A DNA stretch of 64,000 nt from a bacterium (GTDB taxonomy: Bacteria > Zhuqueibacterota > Zhuqueibacteria > Oceanimicrobiales > Oceanimicrobiaceae), in NCBI GenBank assembly GCA_046758765.1, contig JBHIAW010000001.1:13557-77556 (forward strand). Reading direction: 5' to 3'. A model generated the notes under the pieces. The model ran no database searches. It worked only from the letters and a program-made list of their open reading frames with translations, and was not told the origin of the DNA. The position numbers and the translations under genes are program-made. Of this stretch, positions 25,918 through 37,135 are shown in pieces. How positions within the stretch are numbered: the stretch's first letter is position 1; every line of letters starts with the position of its first letter.

Positions 25918-26904
25918 ATGAATTGGCCAAATCTTCAAATGCCAGAAGCCATAGAGTTGGATGAAACAACATACTCCAGTACATCTGGAAGATTTATATT
26001 GCAGCCATTAGAGAGAGGATTTGGTGTGACCATAGGCAATGCACTCCGTCGGGTGCTTCTTTCATCTTTACCAGGTGCGGCTATCTCAATGATTCGCCTG
26101 GATGGTGTGGTACATGAATTCTCAACCATTACAGGAGTGGTTGAAGATGTTGCTGAAATGGTTTTAAACCTGAAAGAAGTGCGAATTAAACTCCTCAGCA
26201 AGCGCCCCGAAAAAGTTACAGTTCATCTCAAAGGCCCCGGGGAGTTTAAGGCCGGAGACATCCAAAACGGAAACACCGAATTTGAAATACTCAATCCTGA
26301 AAAGCATATTGCGACTCTAAATGAAGATGCAGATTTTAATATGGAGTTTAGGATCGGCCGTGGGCATGGCTATGTTCCAGCGGAAGAAAATAAGCAACCA
26401 GACCAACCCATAGGTGCCATACTTATTGATTCTATCTATACGCCGGTTAAAAAAGTAACCTACCATGTTGAGCATACCAGGTTAGGACATCGGACGGATT
26501 ACGAAAAATTGATCATGGAAGTTGAGACAGACGGAAGTATTACCCCAGATGATGCTTTAACTTATGCTGCCAAGATTCTAAAGGATCATATTCAAATATT
26601 TATCAATTTTGACATCGAACCAGAAGAAGAAGAGACCATTGAAGTTGATGAAGAAGTGTTACAAATTCGAAAGCTGCTTAAGATGCCTGTTGATGAATTA
26701 GAGCTGTCTGTTCGTTCCTATAACTGTCTAATGGCTGCCAATATCAAAACGATCGGCGATCTGGTTAGACGCGATGAACAAGAGATGCTGAAATTTAGAA
26801 ATTTTGGAAGAAAATCTCTTCAAGAATTAACCAAGATTTTGGAAGAAAAGGGTCTTCATTTTGGGATGGATATGGACAAGTATCTAAAAGGTGATAACGA
26901 GTAG
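25918..26904 (+). CDS. rpoA: DNA-directed RNA polymerase subunit alpha
   Basis: 328 aa; alpha N-terminal and C-terminal-domain sequences. Confidence 0.95.
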   Translation: MNWPNLQMPEAIELDETTYSSTSGRFILQPLERGFGVTIGNALRRVLLSSLPGAAISMIRLDGVVHEFSTITGVVEDVAEMVLNLKEVRIKLLSKRPEKVTVHLKGPGEFKAGDIQNGNTEFEILNPEKHIATLNEDADFNMEFRIGRGHGYVPAEENKQPDQPIGAILIDSIYTPVKKVTYHVEHTRLGHRTDYEKLIMEVETDGSITPDDALTYAAKILKDHIQIFINFDIEPEEEETIEVDEEVLQIRKLLKMPVDELELSVRSYNCLMAANIKTIGDLVRRDEQEMLKFRNFGRKSLQELTKILEEKGLHFGMDMDKYLKGDNE

Positions 26905-26920
26905 ATTGGGAACATAACAC

Positions 26921-27364
26921 ATGCGACACGCAAAAGTTGGAAGAAAACTACAAAGAACCGCAAGTCACAAAAAAGCATTATTGTCAAACATGGCCGCTGC
27001 TCTTATTGAACATAAGCAGATTAAGACCACTACGGCTAAAGCTAAAGAAGCACGTAGAACAGTTGAACGGCTCATTACTTTTGCTAAGCGGGGAACTTTG
27101 GCAGACCGACGAAGGGTATTAAGGACTATTAAAGATAAGAAGATCGTCAAAACCCTTTTTGAGGATATAGCTTCTAACTATGAAAATCGAAATGGGGGTT
27201 ACACAAGGGTGATTAGACTCGGTCGCCGTCGAGGCGACGGGGCTGAGTTGGCTCTCTTAGAACTTGTGGGCTATGAAGAGGTTCAAATAGAAAAACAAAA
27301 AGCACGTGAAGAACAAAAGGCTAAGAAAGCCGAGAAAAAAGAAGAAAAGCAAAAAGCAGAATAA
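26921..27364 (+). CDS. rplQ: 50S ribosomal protein L17 with Lys/Glu-rich C-terminal extension
   Basis: Order; C-terminal KAREEQKAKKAEKKEEKQKAE low-complexity tail. Confidence 0.9.
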   Translation: MRHAKVGRKLQRTASHKKALLSNMAAALIEHKQIKTTTAKAKEARRTVERLITFAKRGTLADRRRVLRTIKDKKIVKTLFEDIASNYENRNGGYTRVIRLGRRRGDGAELALLELVGYEEVQIEKQKAREEQKAKKAEKKEEKQKAE

Positions 27365-27407
27365 ATTCGTTTCACTCATGTTCTTTTTCTAAACTAAAAT
27401 TGAAAGG

Positions 27408-27438
27408 CCGATTGTCCTGTTTAGCAGTCGGCTTTTTT
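27408..27438 (+). terminator. Rho-independent terminator after rplQ (end of alpha operon)
   Basis: gccgattgt...gcagtcggc stem followed by ttttttg. Confidence 0.65.
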
Positions 27439-27485
27439 GTGTCATTAACGCAGCAGGTTGGATTTAAGAAAAAACTGATGCTAAG

Positions 27486-29150
27486 ATGAAAGTTCTGGAT
27501 TACAAACCTGTTAAAGCTCCAAGAGGCTTGGAGCTTTCCTGCAAAGGTTGGGGGCAGGAAGCCGCGATGCGAATGTTAATGAATAATCTTGATCCTGATG
27601 TAGCAGAAGCTCCGGAGCAGTTAATCATATATGGTGGTACGGGCAAGGCAGCCCGCAACTGGGAATGTTATCATCAAATTGTTAAAGCCCTTCAGGATTT
27701 AGAAAACGATCAGACACTTTTGATTCAATCAGGTAAACCCGTCGGGATATTTAAGACTCACAGCCAAGCGCCGAGAGTCCTTATTGCTAATTCTTTGTTA
27801 GTTCCAGCCTGGGCCACTTCTGAGCACTTTCGTGACTTAGAGGACAAAGGGCTTATCATGTACGGGCAGATGACTGCAGGCAGTTGGATTTACATAGGAA
27901 CCCAAGGAATTCTACAAGGCACGTATGAAACATTTGCTGCCGCCGCCGACAAACATTTTGGCGGTGATTTAAAAGGCAAGCTGGTCGTATCAGGTGGATT
28001 AGGCGGTATGGGCGGAGCTCAACCGCTGGCCGCGACCATGAATGGCGCTGCTTTTCTTGGGGTAGAGGTCGACCGTAAAAGAATTGAAAGAAGAATAAAC
28101 ACCCAATACTGCGACAAGATCGTGGAGAATTTGGATGAGGCTTTAAGAATAGTCCTGAGCGCTAAAGAAAAAAGTGAAGCAGTTTCTGTTGGTTTAGTAG
28201 GCAATTGTGCTGAGGTTTTACCGGAGTTAGTGAAGAAAAGAATTGTGCCTGATGTGCTCACCGATCAAACCTCTGCCCATGATGAGTTAAATGGATACGT
28301 ACCTGCTGGGATGCCTTATGAGGAAGCTCTGCGGTTGAGAAAACAGAACCCACAAGAATATATTCGACGAAGCTATGAATCTATGGGCATCCATGTACGA
28401 GCGATGCTTGATCTGCAGAAAATGGGTGCGGTTACTTTCGATTACGGAAATAATATTCGCGGTCAAGCTCATAAAGCCGGAGTTACAAATGCGTTCGATT
28501 TTCCCGGATTTGTGCCAGCTTACATTCGACCTCTTTTTTGCCAAGGCAGAGGTCCCTTTCGATGGGTGGCGCTATCTGGGCATCCAGAAGATATTTATAA
28601 AACAGACCAGTTAGTTTTAGAACTATTTCCTGAGAACAAAGCGTTGAGTCGGTGGATCACTTTGGCAGGGAAAAAAATCAAATTTCAAGGCCTGCCTGCT
28701 CGAATATGTTGGCTTGGATATGGAGAACGGGCGCAATTTGGTTTGGCTATTAATGAGATGGTGGGAAAAGGTGAAATCAAGGGGCCGATTGTGATTGGAC
28801 GAGACCATCTGGATACCGGCTCAGTTGCTTCACCAAATCGTGAAACCGAAGGCATGAAGGACGGCTCCGATGCCATTGCAGATTGGCCCATTCTAAATGC
28901 ATTATTGAACGCGGTTTCTGGTGCCACCTGGGTCTCGGTGCATCACGGTGGCGGCGTGGGAATTGGTAATTCCATTCACGCGGGTCAAGTCATTCTTGCC
29001 GATGGCACCAATGAAACCGCTGAACGCTTGCAGAGAGTATTAACCAATGATCCAGGAATTGGAATTGCCAGACATGTGGATGCTGGCTACGAAGAGGCTC
29101 TGAACACCGCCAAAGAAAAAGAAATTAAGATTCCTATGTTGATGCGTTGA
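27486..29150 (+). CDS. hutU: Urocanate hydratase
   Basis: 554 aa with urocanase N-terminus and NAD-binding GGxG region. Confidence 0.9.
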   Translation: MKVLDYKPVKAPRGLELSCKGWGQEAAMRMLMNNLDPDVAEAPEQLIIYGGTGKAARNWECYHQIVKALQDLENDQTLLIQSGKPVGIFKTHSQAPRVLIANSLLVPAWATSEHFRDLEDKGLIMYGQMTAGSWIYIGTQGILQGTYETFAAAADKHFGGDLKGKLVVSGGLGGMGGAQPLAATMNGAAFLGVEVDRKRIERRINTQYCDKIVENLDEALRIVLSAKEKSEAVSVGLVGNCAEVLPELVKKRIVPDVLTDQTSAHDELNGYVPAGMPYEEALRLRKQNPQEYIRRSYESMGIHVRAMLDLQKMGAVTFDYGNNIRGQAHKAGVTNAFDFPGFVPAYIRPLFCQGRGPFRWVALSGHPEDIYKTDQLVLELFPENKALSRWITLAGKKIKFQGLPARICWLGYGERAQFGLAINEMVGKGEIKGPIVIGRDHLDTGSVASPNRETEGMKDGSDAIADWPILNALLNAVSGATWVSVHHGGGVGIGNSIHAGQVILADGTNETAERLQRVLTNDPGIGIARHVDAGYEEALNTAKEKEIKIPMLMR

Positions 29151-29171
29151 GTTATTTATCCAAAGGTCATC

Positions 29172-30419
29172 TTGAAAGCAGACTTTGTTGTTAAGAATGC
29201 GGCTGAACTGGTTACGGCTCAGGGTTCTCCAGAATTTGCACCTGGCTCATTTGTACGTATCGAACATGGCGCGTTAGCTGCATATAAAGGTAAAATCGTA
29301 TCGGTCGGGGCTACCAAGCAAGTAGAGTTACAAATTACCCTACAAGAGAATTCCGTCATTGTTGACGCAACGGGTAAAACGATCACACCAGGTTTTGTTG
29401 ACTGCCATACTCATCCAGTATTCTATGGTACGAGAGAAAATGAATTTGAAATGCGAGTTATGGGTAGAAGTTATGAAGAGATCTCCAGGGCTGGCGGTGG
29501 CATTCGTTCCAGCGTTCGGAGCTTAAGAAAGGCGTCTAAAGAACAATTGGTAGCGGCAGCCCGTCCGAGGTTAGACAGATTTCTCGCCCAGGGGACCACC
29601 ACCATAGAGGCAAAAAGTGGCTATGGCCTGTCCGTAGAGGACGAAATCAAGTCTCTCGAAGTCATTGCCGAATTGAACAAAATTCACCCTCTCGAAATCG
29701 TTCCGACGTTCTTAGGAGCACATGAAATTCCAGATGAATATCGGCACAATAGAAAGGATTACATCAACTTAATTATCCATGAGATGATTCCGCGGATTAT
29801 AGAGAGAAATCTGGCTGAGTTTTGTGATGTATTTTGTGAAGCCCATGTCTTTAACTTACAGGAGTCGCGGGAAATTCTCACAGCCGCCAAAACTGCAGGA
29901 TTGAAGCTAAAGATTCATGCTGATCAATTAACTTACAGTGGTGGAGCTCTCTTAGCCGCGGAATTAGCGGCGGTTTCTGCAGATCACTTAGAATATACTG
30001 ATGAAAAAGATTGGCAAATGATGTTGAAACAGCGCGTAGTGCCTGTTCTATTGCCTGGAGCTGTTTTTTTTATTGGCAAGGAAAAATATGCCCGAGCTAA
30101 AGCCATGCTTGAGGAAGGACTACCTGTTGCAGTAGCAACTGATCTTAACCCGGGAACGTGCATGTCTGAGTCCATGCCTTTAATGTTAACGCTTTCTTGC
30201 TTGAAATTAAGGCTTAAACCTTCTGAGGCTTTGACAGCGGCAACTTATCATGCTGCATTAGCCATTGATCGTGGGAACTTGTTAGGCACTCTCGAAGTAG
30301 GAAAAGAGGCCGATCTGGTAATATGGAATATTCCAAATTTTAGATATTTACCTTATCATTTTGGTGTAAGTTTAGCTGCCACAGTGGTTAAGGCCGGAAA
30401 AATTGTCTGGGAATGCTGA
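29172..30419 (+). CDS. hutI: Imidazolonepropionase (TTG start)
   Basis: 415 aa amidohydrolase; DCHTHP metal site. Confidence 0.85.
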   Translation: MKADFVVKNAAELVTAQGSPEFAPGSFVRIEHGALAAYKGKIVSVGATKQVELQITLQENSVIVDATGKTITPGFVDCHTHPVFYGTRENEFEMRVMGRSYEEISRAGGGIRSSVRSLRKASKEQLVAAARPRLDRFLAQGTTTIEAKSGYGLSVEDEIKSLEVIAELNKIHPLEIVPTFLGAHEIPDEYRHNRKDYINLIIHEMIPRIIERNLAEFCDVFCEAHVFNLQESREILTAAKTAGLKLKIHADQLTYSGGALLAAELAAVSADHLEYTDEKDWQMMLKQRVVPVLLPGAVFFIGKEKYARAKAMLEEGLPVAVATDLNPGTCMSESMPLMLTLSCLKLRLKPSEALTAATYHAALAIDRGNLLGTLEVGKEADLVIWNIPNFRYLPYHFGVSLAATVVKAGKIVWEC

Positions 30420-31633
30420 AAATGCTAATTCGCAACAAAAAAGGAAATATTGAAGCTTTTGTTTTGTGTTTTGTTTTGGCGCTCTTTAATTTATTTGGCT
30501 GCAGCGATGACAGACCCATTCAAGGTTTTGAGTTAGCAGATCCTGAAGATAGAGGAGAAGTCACCGACACAACCTTAACTTTAATAGAACTGGAAGAAAG
30601 TTATAGAGACACAACGGTCGCCACGGGTTCAAGCACTATTTTGTCGCTCGGTTCATTTGAAAATATAGAAGCTCGGATTGTGTTGAAGTTTGAAAATCTG
30701 CCAGACACTATTTTGGTTACAGGAGCTTCTATCATATTACAAACTCGAGCCATTATTGGTGAGTCCATGCAGCCCTTCACAGCTACCATACATCAAATCA
30801 CCAGAGATTGGAATGAGTTATCGGTTACGAATGACACTTTGCAGAATGCATTTGATCTTAATCCTCTTGGAAGTGCTTCCATATTTCCCACTGTCGGCGA
30901 TACCTCAGCAACAGACACATTAGTCAGTATCGAAGCTGTAAGAATAGATTTTGATGATCCTCAGTTGGTGAAGGATTGGATCGATACGACTTCTATGGTA
31001 GCTAATTATGGCGTCTTACTAAATTTCTCGAATAGCGACTTCATAAAGGAATTTTTTTCCAAAAATAATTCTTCCAATCAACCCAGACTAGAATTCTATT
31101 TTGAAAACAATGACTCAGAACGTGATACAAGTTTTGTTACAGCAACGGCTGATGCTTATTTGGTGCGGAGTCTTATTGACCCGCCGGCAGGTCCATTATA
31201 TGTTGACAATGTTTTTAGTCATCAAAGTGTTATTAAATTTGACCTTGCAAGCATACCAAGAGAATCCACTATTAACAAGGCGAATTTGATATTAAATGTT
31301 CAAGACGAAAATTCTATATTGACAGGTGATGGAATTGTCGTTCAGATAACCCGATTAGCAGAACCTTTTACATCACCTGATACAATTGAATTGGACACTT
31401 TGGTCACTTCAATTGTTCAACTGGTGAAAGATTCCGACTCATCGATTACAATTCCGATTAGGAGTATGCTGCAAGACTGGACTTCCCAACAATTTGAAAA
31501 CCATGGATTCCTAATTAGAGCAGGAATTCCGGGACTTGACATTTCTAGAGTGGCCTTTTTCTCTTCAGTGATTGATAGCAGTATGGCACCAAAAATAGAG
31601 GTGGATTTCACAGTCTCACCAAATGTCCCTTAA
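30413..31633 (+). CDS. Putative lipoprotein with two internal ~170-aa repeats (overlaps hutI stop)
   Basis: Signal peptide with lipobox LFGC; repeated motifs (DWNELSVT/YGVLLNF and DWTSQQF/HGFLIRAG). Confidence 0.5.
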   Translation: MLKMLIRNKKGNIEAFVLCFVLALFNLFGCSDDRPIQGFELADPEDRGEVTDTTLTLIELEESYRDTTVATGSSTILSLGSFENIEARIVLKFENLPDTILVTGASIILQTRAIIGESMQPFTATIHQITRDWNELSVTNDTLQNAFDLNPLGSASIFPTVGDTSATDTLVSIEAVRIDFDDPQLVKDWIDTTSMVANYGVLLNFSNSDFIKEFFSKNNSSNQPRLEFYFENNDSERDTSFVTATADAYLVRSLIDPPAGPLYVDNVFSHQSVIKFDLASIPRESTINKANLILNVQDENSILTGDGIVVQITRLAEPFTSPDTIELDTLVTSIVQLVKDSDSSITIPIRSMLQDWTSQQFENHGFLIRAGIPGLDISRVAFFSSVIDSSMAPKIEVDFTVSPNVP

Positions 31634-31649
31634 TTATCTAAGGATACGA

Positions 31650-32858
31650 ATGCAGATGAAGACCAATTTTAAGCTTCTGGTACAAATCCTGTTAATAACT
31701 GGCTGTTTTGCCAACCCTCTCCAAGCTGGCTCCTTCTATTCATCAAAAGGAATTGGATTAGTATACCACTTCGTTAGTGGGCGAAGTGTTGGTATGGGTG
31801 GGGTGGGATTAGCTACCACCGATAATATGACTCTGAATTACCTTAATCCGGCGGCCCTTGTTGAAATTCCTTATACTTATATATCTGGCCACTTTTTGCA
31901 TGAAGCTACGGATCTCGAAGGTTCAGATCAGGATGCTTTTATTTCAAGCACTGGCGTAGCTGGGGTGCAATTTGCCATTCCAATCAAACGGAATCGGGCG
32001 GTCATTGCTATTGGCGTTAATCCTTACAGCTCAATTGAATATTCTTTTACATCTTTAGACACGTTAGAAAACAAGCCATTTGTAGAGATTTTATCCGGCG
32101 ACGGTGGTGTGAATGCTGGCTTCCTTACTTTTTCTGTTAAGCCATTTAAGAATCTATACTTAGGGATTACTGGTTTGTTTTACTTTGGTGTACTAAAGAC
32201 TACTTGGCAGGTTAATTTTCTTACTTCTGGGTTTTTTAATACAAGAGACGAAATCCGTCAGAGTTTTACTGCTGGTAATTTTAGGGTAGGTCTTATTTAT
32301 CATATTACTTCCGGCTGGAGTTTTGGAGGTGTTTTCACTCCTGCCGTCACATTAGACCTGAACAATAAACTCGAGGAAAGATTCGGTGAATTTTCTGATT
32401 TTACTGACAGTGAAATTGAAATACCCCTTGCTTTTGGTGTCGGAACAGCGCTAAATATAGGTAAAAAATTAATAGCTGGTGTGGATTTCTATTTTCAAAA
32501 ATGGAGTGATCTTAAGAAGGAAGGATATGTCAATGATAGTAAGAGAATTGGGTTTGGCTTAGAATATTCTGGTAGAGGAGGTTTACGGGATTCCTATTTC
32601 AGTCGAATGGCTATTAGAGCTGGATTTTTTTACAGAGATTTGGGTCTTGAAGATCCATTAGGTGAGAAAGTAACCGAGTTGTTTGGAACAATTGGACTGG
32701 GATTACCTATTAAGTGGACCGCCGGTAGAATAGATCTGGCCTTGGAAGGGGGCCGGCGAGGCTCAATATCAAGAAATCCCTTTAGAGAAACCGTTATCCG
32801 AGTGACAGGTAGCGTTACAGTTGGTGAAAGATGGTTTTTTCGCGGAGGTAGAAGATAA
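31650..32858 (+). CDS. Putative beta-barrel outer membrane protein (FadL/PorV-like)
   Basis: Signal peptide MKTNFKLLVQILLITGCFANPLQA; alternating hydrophobic beta-strand character with Gly/aromatic richness; overlaps upstream lipoprotein gene. Confidence 0.45.
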   Translation: MQMKTNFKLLVQILLITGCFANPLQAGSFYSSKGIGLVYHFVSGRSVGMGGVGLATTDNMTLNYLNPAALVEIPYTYISGHFLHEATDLEGSDQDAFISSTGVAGVQFAIPIKRNRAVIAIGVNPYSSIEYSFTSLDTLENKPFVEILSGDGGVNAGFLTFSVKPFKNLYLGITGLFYFGVLKTTWQVNFLTSGFFNTRDEIRQSFTAGNFRVGLIYHITSGWSFGGVFTPAVTLDLNNKLEERFGEFSDFTDSEIEIPLAFGVGTALNIGKKLIAGVDFYFQKWSDLKKEGYVNDSKRIGFGLEYSGRGGLRDSYFSRMAIRAGFFYRDLGLEDPLGEKVTELFGTIGLGLPIKWTAGRIDLALEGGRRGSISRNPFRETVIRVTGSVTVGERWFFRGGRR

Positions 32859-32968
32859 TCTAATTAGTACATTTTACTTGATTTTTAATTAGATTTTTAG
32901 TATGATTGTTTTTTCGAATAGCAATATTTACCAACTGAATTGCTTGAAACATACGGGAGGAAAATAAA

Positions 32969-34240
32969 GTGTTAAAGAGAGATTATTTCTTATTAAGAGT
33001 TTGCTGGCGTTTGGGGGTCATGGGAATCGTTGTAGTTTTTGCTTTGAGCGTTTTTTCAGACGATGTTTTTGCTCAAAAGAAAAAAAAGAAAAAGAATGAT
33101 AATGACCAAGCTTATCTGGAATCGCAGAGGAAGGCGTATGAATTTGAAATGACTAAATTTTGGAGTTTCGGGTTTGAAAACTACAAAAACAGACAGTATG
33201 CCGATGCGGCCAAGCATTTTTGGAAAGTGGTAAAGATGGATACCATTAAGAAATTTCCACGGGTTTATCGGTATCTGGGAGATAGCTATTTTAAACTACA
33301 GAAGCCTGATTCCGCGCAAATTGTTTTTGAAAAGGGTATCAAAAAATACCCTGATGATGCCCATTTGCACCGAATGAGGGGCTACATATTGGCACAAAAA
33401 GAACTTACCGATGATGCTATTTCAGAATATGAGATCGTGGTCAAGATTGATTCCGAGTCCGTTGATGATTGGCGGCAGCTTGCGACTCTGTATGCAAAAA
33501 CAGATCGCTATGATGAGGCGATTAGCGCTTACGAAAGGGTTCTTGAATTAAAGCCCGATGATGAAGAAGCACGGAACAATGTCTCTGCTTTATATGCAGC
33601 CACTGGCCAAAGTGAAAAAGCCACAGAAGCCAAAGAAAAAGTTAGAGAACAAGAGCCCGAGAATGCTCAAGTTCGCTATGAACTGGGAGTTATTTATTTT
33701 AATCAAGGGGAATATGAGAAGTCGATAGAAAGATTTAGAGAATTTTCGACTCTTGTTCAAGATGACGTGAATGCGATGGAATATATTGCAAATTCCTATC
33801 AAAGATTAGAGCGATATAGACAAGCAATTGCAGAGTATAAAAGAATATTGAAGATAGATCCCAATAACACAAAAGTCATGGCTGAAATAAGTCGGTGTTA
33901 TAGAGGCACCAATAACTTCCCTTTGGCTAGAACCTATGCCAGGAAGGCCTTGGCCATTGATAATTCTTACGGGTTGGGCTGGATTGCATTGGGCGAGGTC
34001 TACGAGGCTAGCGCCGAATTTTGCGTTAATCAAAAAAAGGGCAAGGTAGATTTTAATGATAAATTAGTTTATGAGCTAGCCTATCAACAATATAAAAGAG
34101 CCTTGAAAGATTTAGAATATAGAAGTGAAGCGGAAAGGCACATAAGTTATCTTCAAGGTGTCTTACCAACCACATCAGACAAATTTATGCATAAAGATCA
34201 AACAAAAGCCGAGGGTGAATGTTATAACTGGATTTATTAA
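32969..34240 (+). CDS. TPR-repeat protein with N-terminal signal/anchor (GTG start)
   Basis: Hydrophobic N-terminus then a poly-Lys linker, followed by multiple 34-aa TPR-like repeats (AxxYxxAL...P). Confidence 0.6.
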   Translation: MLKRDYFLLRVCWRLGVMGIVVVFALSVFSDDVFAQKKKKKKNDNDQAYLESQRKAYEFEMTKFWSFGFENYKNRQYADAAKHFWKVVKMDTIKKFPRVYRYLGDSYFKLQKPDSAQIVFEKGIKKYPDDAHLHRMRGYILAQKELTDDAISEYEIVVKIDSESVDDWRQLATLYAKTDRYDEAISAYERVLELKPDDEEARNNVSALYAATGQSEKATEAKEKVREQEPENAQVRYELGVIYFNQGEYEKSIERFREFSTLVQDDVNAMEYIANSYQRLERYRQAIAEYKRILKIDPNNTKVMAEISRCYRGTNNFPLARTYARKALAIDNSYGLGWIALGEVYEASAEFCVNQKKGKVDFNDKLVYELAYQQYKRALKDLEYRSEAERHISYLQGVLPTTSDKFMHKDQTKAEGECYNWIY

Positions 34241-34302
34241 TTACTTCGATAGTCTCTCGCTTCAATTAATCTAAATAATCCAAATTTCAAGAGGCTCAAC
34301 TT

Positions 34303-35598
34303 TTGGAGCATTTAAGACGTACGGACCCCCAAATCTACCGAGCTGTCGTTGATGAAATTCACCGTCAGAACGATAAGCTTGAGCTAATCGCTTCTGAAAA
34401 TTTTGCCAGCATGGCTGTTTTGCAGGCAATGGGTCAGGTTATGACCAATAAATATGCAGAGGGCTATCCGCGTAAACGGTACTATGGCGGCTGTGAATTT
34501 GTGGATGTAGCAGAAGAATTAGCCAGAGAAAGAGCGAAAAAGTTGTTTAAAGCGGAGCATGCCAATGTTCAGCCACACTCCGGCTCCCAAGCCAATATTG
34601 CTGCGTATTTTGCTTTTGTGAAGCCAGGAGATACCATGTTGGGTATGAATTTGTCCCACGGTGGACATCTTACCCACGGCAGCCCGGTCAATTTTTCTGG
34701 AAAACTCTTTCGAGTGGTCTTTTACGGGGTTAATGCCAAAACCGGACGGATTGACTTAAATGAAGTCGAAGCCATTGCTGAGAAGGAAAAACCCAAGTTG
34801 ATCATTACCGGGGCCAGTGCCTATTCTCGTGAAATTGATTACCAAGGATTCCGTGAAGTAGCCAATAAAGTTGGTGCTTATTTGATCGCAGATATTGCCC
34901 ATTCTGCTGGTCTGATCGCATCAGGATTAATATCTAGTCCAATTCCGTACTGTCATGCTGTAACTACAACCACACATAAAACATTACGTGGCCCGCGCGG
35001 AGGTATGATTTTGGTCGGAAAAGATGCGGAGAATGATTTGGGAATTAAAACCCCGAAAGGTCGCACGAAAATGTGGACCGAAGTGATTGATTCCAATGTG
35101 TTTCCCGGTTTTCAGGGTGGGCCACTCATGCACGTAATTGCAGCTAAGGCGGTGGCTTTTAAGGAGGCGTTGGAACCGAGTTTTAAGGAATATTCACGAC
35201 AGATTATTCGAAACGCACAGAGATTGGCCGAAAAACTGATAAATTTGGGATATGACATTGTTTCTGACGGTACAGATACCCACCTCATTCTGGTGGATTT
35301 ACGCAATAAAGATATAACAGGGAAAGAAGCAGAAGAGGCATTGGAGAAAGCCGGCATTACTGTAAATAAGAATATGGTTCCATTTGACGAACAGAGTCCT
35401 TTCGTTACCAGTGGGATTCGCATTGGTACTCCTGCTTTGACAACCCGGGGCATGAAAGAAGATGAGATGGAAGAGATTGCATTCCTAATTGATAAGATTT
35501 TGTCGGACATCAAAAATGATTCCACGCTAAGATTGGTTCAAGCACAAGTTGCGGACTTGTGTAAGCGGTTTCCATTATACGATGTCCCAAACATGTAG
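34303..35598 (+). CDS. glyA: Serine hydroxymethyltransferase (TTG start)
   Basis: LIASENF; PLP-lysine motif [14 protein letters not shown]. Confidence 0.93.
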   Translation: MEHLRRTDPQIYRAVVDEIHRQNDKLELIASENFASMAVLQAMGQVMTNKYAEGYPRKRYYGGCEFVDVAEELARERAKKLFKAEHANVQPHSGSQANIAAYFAFVKPGDTMLGMNLSHGGHLTHGSPVNFSGKLFRVVFYGVNAKTGRIDLNEVEAIAEKEKPKLIITGASAYSREIDYQGFREVANKVGAYLIADIAHSAGLIASGLISSPIPYCHAVTTTTHKTLRGPRGGMILVGKDAENDLGIKTPKGRTKMWTEVIDSNVFPGFQGGPLMHVIAAKAVAFKEALEPSFKEYSRQIIRNAQRLAEKLINLGYDIVSDGTDTHLILVDLRNKDITGKEAEEALEKAGITVNKNMVPFDEQSPFVTSGIRIGTPALTTRGMKEDEMEEIAFLIDKILSDIKNDSTLRLVQAQVADLCKRFPLYDVPNM

Positions 35599-35603
35599 AG
35601 AAT

Positions 35604-36053
35604 ATGCGTTGCCCTTATTGTAAGTATGAAGACAGCAAAGTAATTGACTCCCGAGCCAGCAATGAAGGTCGAGTCATTCGGAGAAGAAGAGAATGTCTTC
35701 GCTGCAAACGTAGATTTACAACTAAGGAGCATGTTGAAGAGACGCCCCTCATGGTGGTTAAGGCAGACGGCCGTCGAGAGATTTATGATCAAGAAAAACT
35801 CAAACGCAGTTTACACATTGCTTGCAATAAACGTCCAATCGCTACTGCGGCTCTTGATGAGATTGTAAACAAAATTGAATGTGTTCTACGTGATATGAGC
35901 CAGGATGAAATACCGTCCCGGGAGATCGGTGAGTTAGTGATTAATTACTTAAGAGAACTTGACGAAATTGCTTATGTGCGCTTTGCTTCTGTGTATCGAA
36001 ATTTTCAAGATAAAGAAGAATTCATGAGTGAGGTGGAGGGACTCAAAAGCTAA
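35604..36053 (+). CDS. nrdR: Transcriptional repressor NrdR
   Basis: MRCPYCKYEDSKVIDSR Zn-ribbon plus ATP-cone region. Confidence 0.93.
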   Translation: MRCPYCKYEDSKVIDSRASNEGRVIRRRRECLRCKRRFTTKEHVEETPLMVVKADGRREIYDQEKLKRSLHIACNKRPIATAALDEIVNKIECVLRDMSQDEIPSREIGELVINYLRELDEIAYVRFASVYRNFQDKEEFMSEVEGLKS

Positions 36054-36094
36054 AGATAAAACAAGTTCTAATAACAATCTTGTGAGAACTTGCC

Positions 36095-36151
36095 GAGCAG
36101 ATAGTATGGGTACCTTAAACTTGCAAGAGGTCCACTATCTGCTCTTTTATG
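36095..36151 (+). terminator. Putative terminator after nrdR
   Basis: gagcagatagt ... actatctgctc (11 bp) followed by ttttatg; long loop lowers confidence. Confidence 0.45.
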
Positions 36152-36176
36152 TTTGAACATTCTTGGGACTCTCTTT

Positions 36177-36935
36177 ATGAAAGCCGCAGCGAAAAAAATA
36201 AACGAAAAAGAAATGCCCTTTCTAGATCATTTGGAGGAACTTCGGTGGCGACTAATTAAGTCGATTGTGACAGTGGTGGTCTGTGCTATTGGGGTTTATT
36301 TTTTTTCCGAGAAAATTCTTGCTCTTCTGGTCATGCCGTATAATGAGGCAGCCGCGAATTTGAACAAGATCGACATACAAAAACTGATCTTTTTGACTCC
36401 AACCGGCGGCTTCATGATTCGGATAAAACTCTCTGTTTTTACTGGAATTCTGATTTCCTTACCAGTGATTTTTTATCAAATGTGGCAGTTTGTGGTACCG
36501 GGTCTCTTAGACAAAGAAAGGAAATATGTTCCCACGGTGGTTCTGTTCTCTACATTATGCTTTTTGACTGGTGCACTATTTTGTTATTTTGTAGTTTTGC
36601 GCTACGGATTACTTTTTCTTTTAAGTTTTGAAACGGCCGATTTAGTGGCCACCATTTCGGTTAATGAATATCTGCAATTTGTTACCATGCTGATATTTGT
36701 CTTCGGCTTAGTTTTTGAGCTGCCGGTGTTATCTTTTTTTTTGACAAAAATTGGACTGCTGACCCCGGCCTTTTTGCGTCACTATCGACGCCATAGTATA
36801 GTAATCATGGTGTTCTTAGCTGCCATCATAACACCTCCTGATGTATTTACGCAATTGCTTTTGGCAGGACCTTTGATCGCGCTGTATGAAATCAGTATCA
36901 TTGTTTCAATGATTGCCATCAAAAAAACGCTGTAA
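36177..36935 (+). CDS. tatC: Sec-independent translocase TatC (ATG at 36177; longer ORF from TTG 36153)
   Basis: MPFLDHLEELRWRL motif and six predicted TM segments. Confidence 0.88.
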   Translation: MKAAAKKINEKEMPFLDHLEELRWRLIKSIVTVVVCAIGVYFFSEKILALLVMPYNEAAANLNKIDIQKLIFLTPTGGFMIRIKLSVFTGILISLPVIFYQMWQFVVPGLLDKERKYVPTVVLFSTLCFLTGALFCYFVVLRYGLLFLLSFETADLVATISVNEYLQFVTMLIFVFGLVFELPVLSFFLTKIGLLTPAFLRHYRRHSIVIMVFLAAIITPPDVFTQLLLAGPLIALYEISIIVSMIAIKKTL

Positions 36936-36948
36936 CCTAATTTTGAAC

Positions 36949-37069
36949 GTAACTATTCAGGCTGTCATTCTCAAAGAATCTTTTTTGAATCAACGTGCGC
37001 GAGAATGTTGTTTACTGAGTGCTAAAATGTACAAAGATTCCTACGGAATGACAGGGCAGCCTGAATAGT
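36949..37069 (-). repeat. MITE-like repeat family A, copy A1 (inverted orientation relative to the other copies)
   Basis: TIR gtaactattcagg / cctgaatagt; core gtcattccgtaggaatctttg ... aaagattc...gaatgac; between tatC and dcd. Confidence 0.8.
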
Positions 37070-37135
37070 CATAAATAAAGTTAGTGGGTAACAAAGTCGA
37101 ATTACTATATTAAACGAAACAGGAGGAATTCTTAA

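Noticed and set aside
8954-26201. Antisense/alternate-frame ORFs within fusA, tuf, r-protein genes and rpoA (e.g. 8954..9301(-), 11589..11870(-), 14041..14370(-), 25935..26201(-))
   Set aside because: Embedded in universally conserved genes; no independent support.
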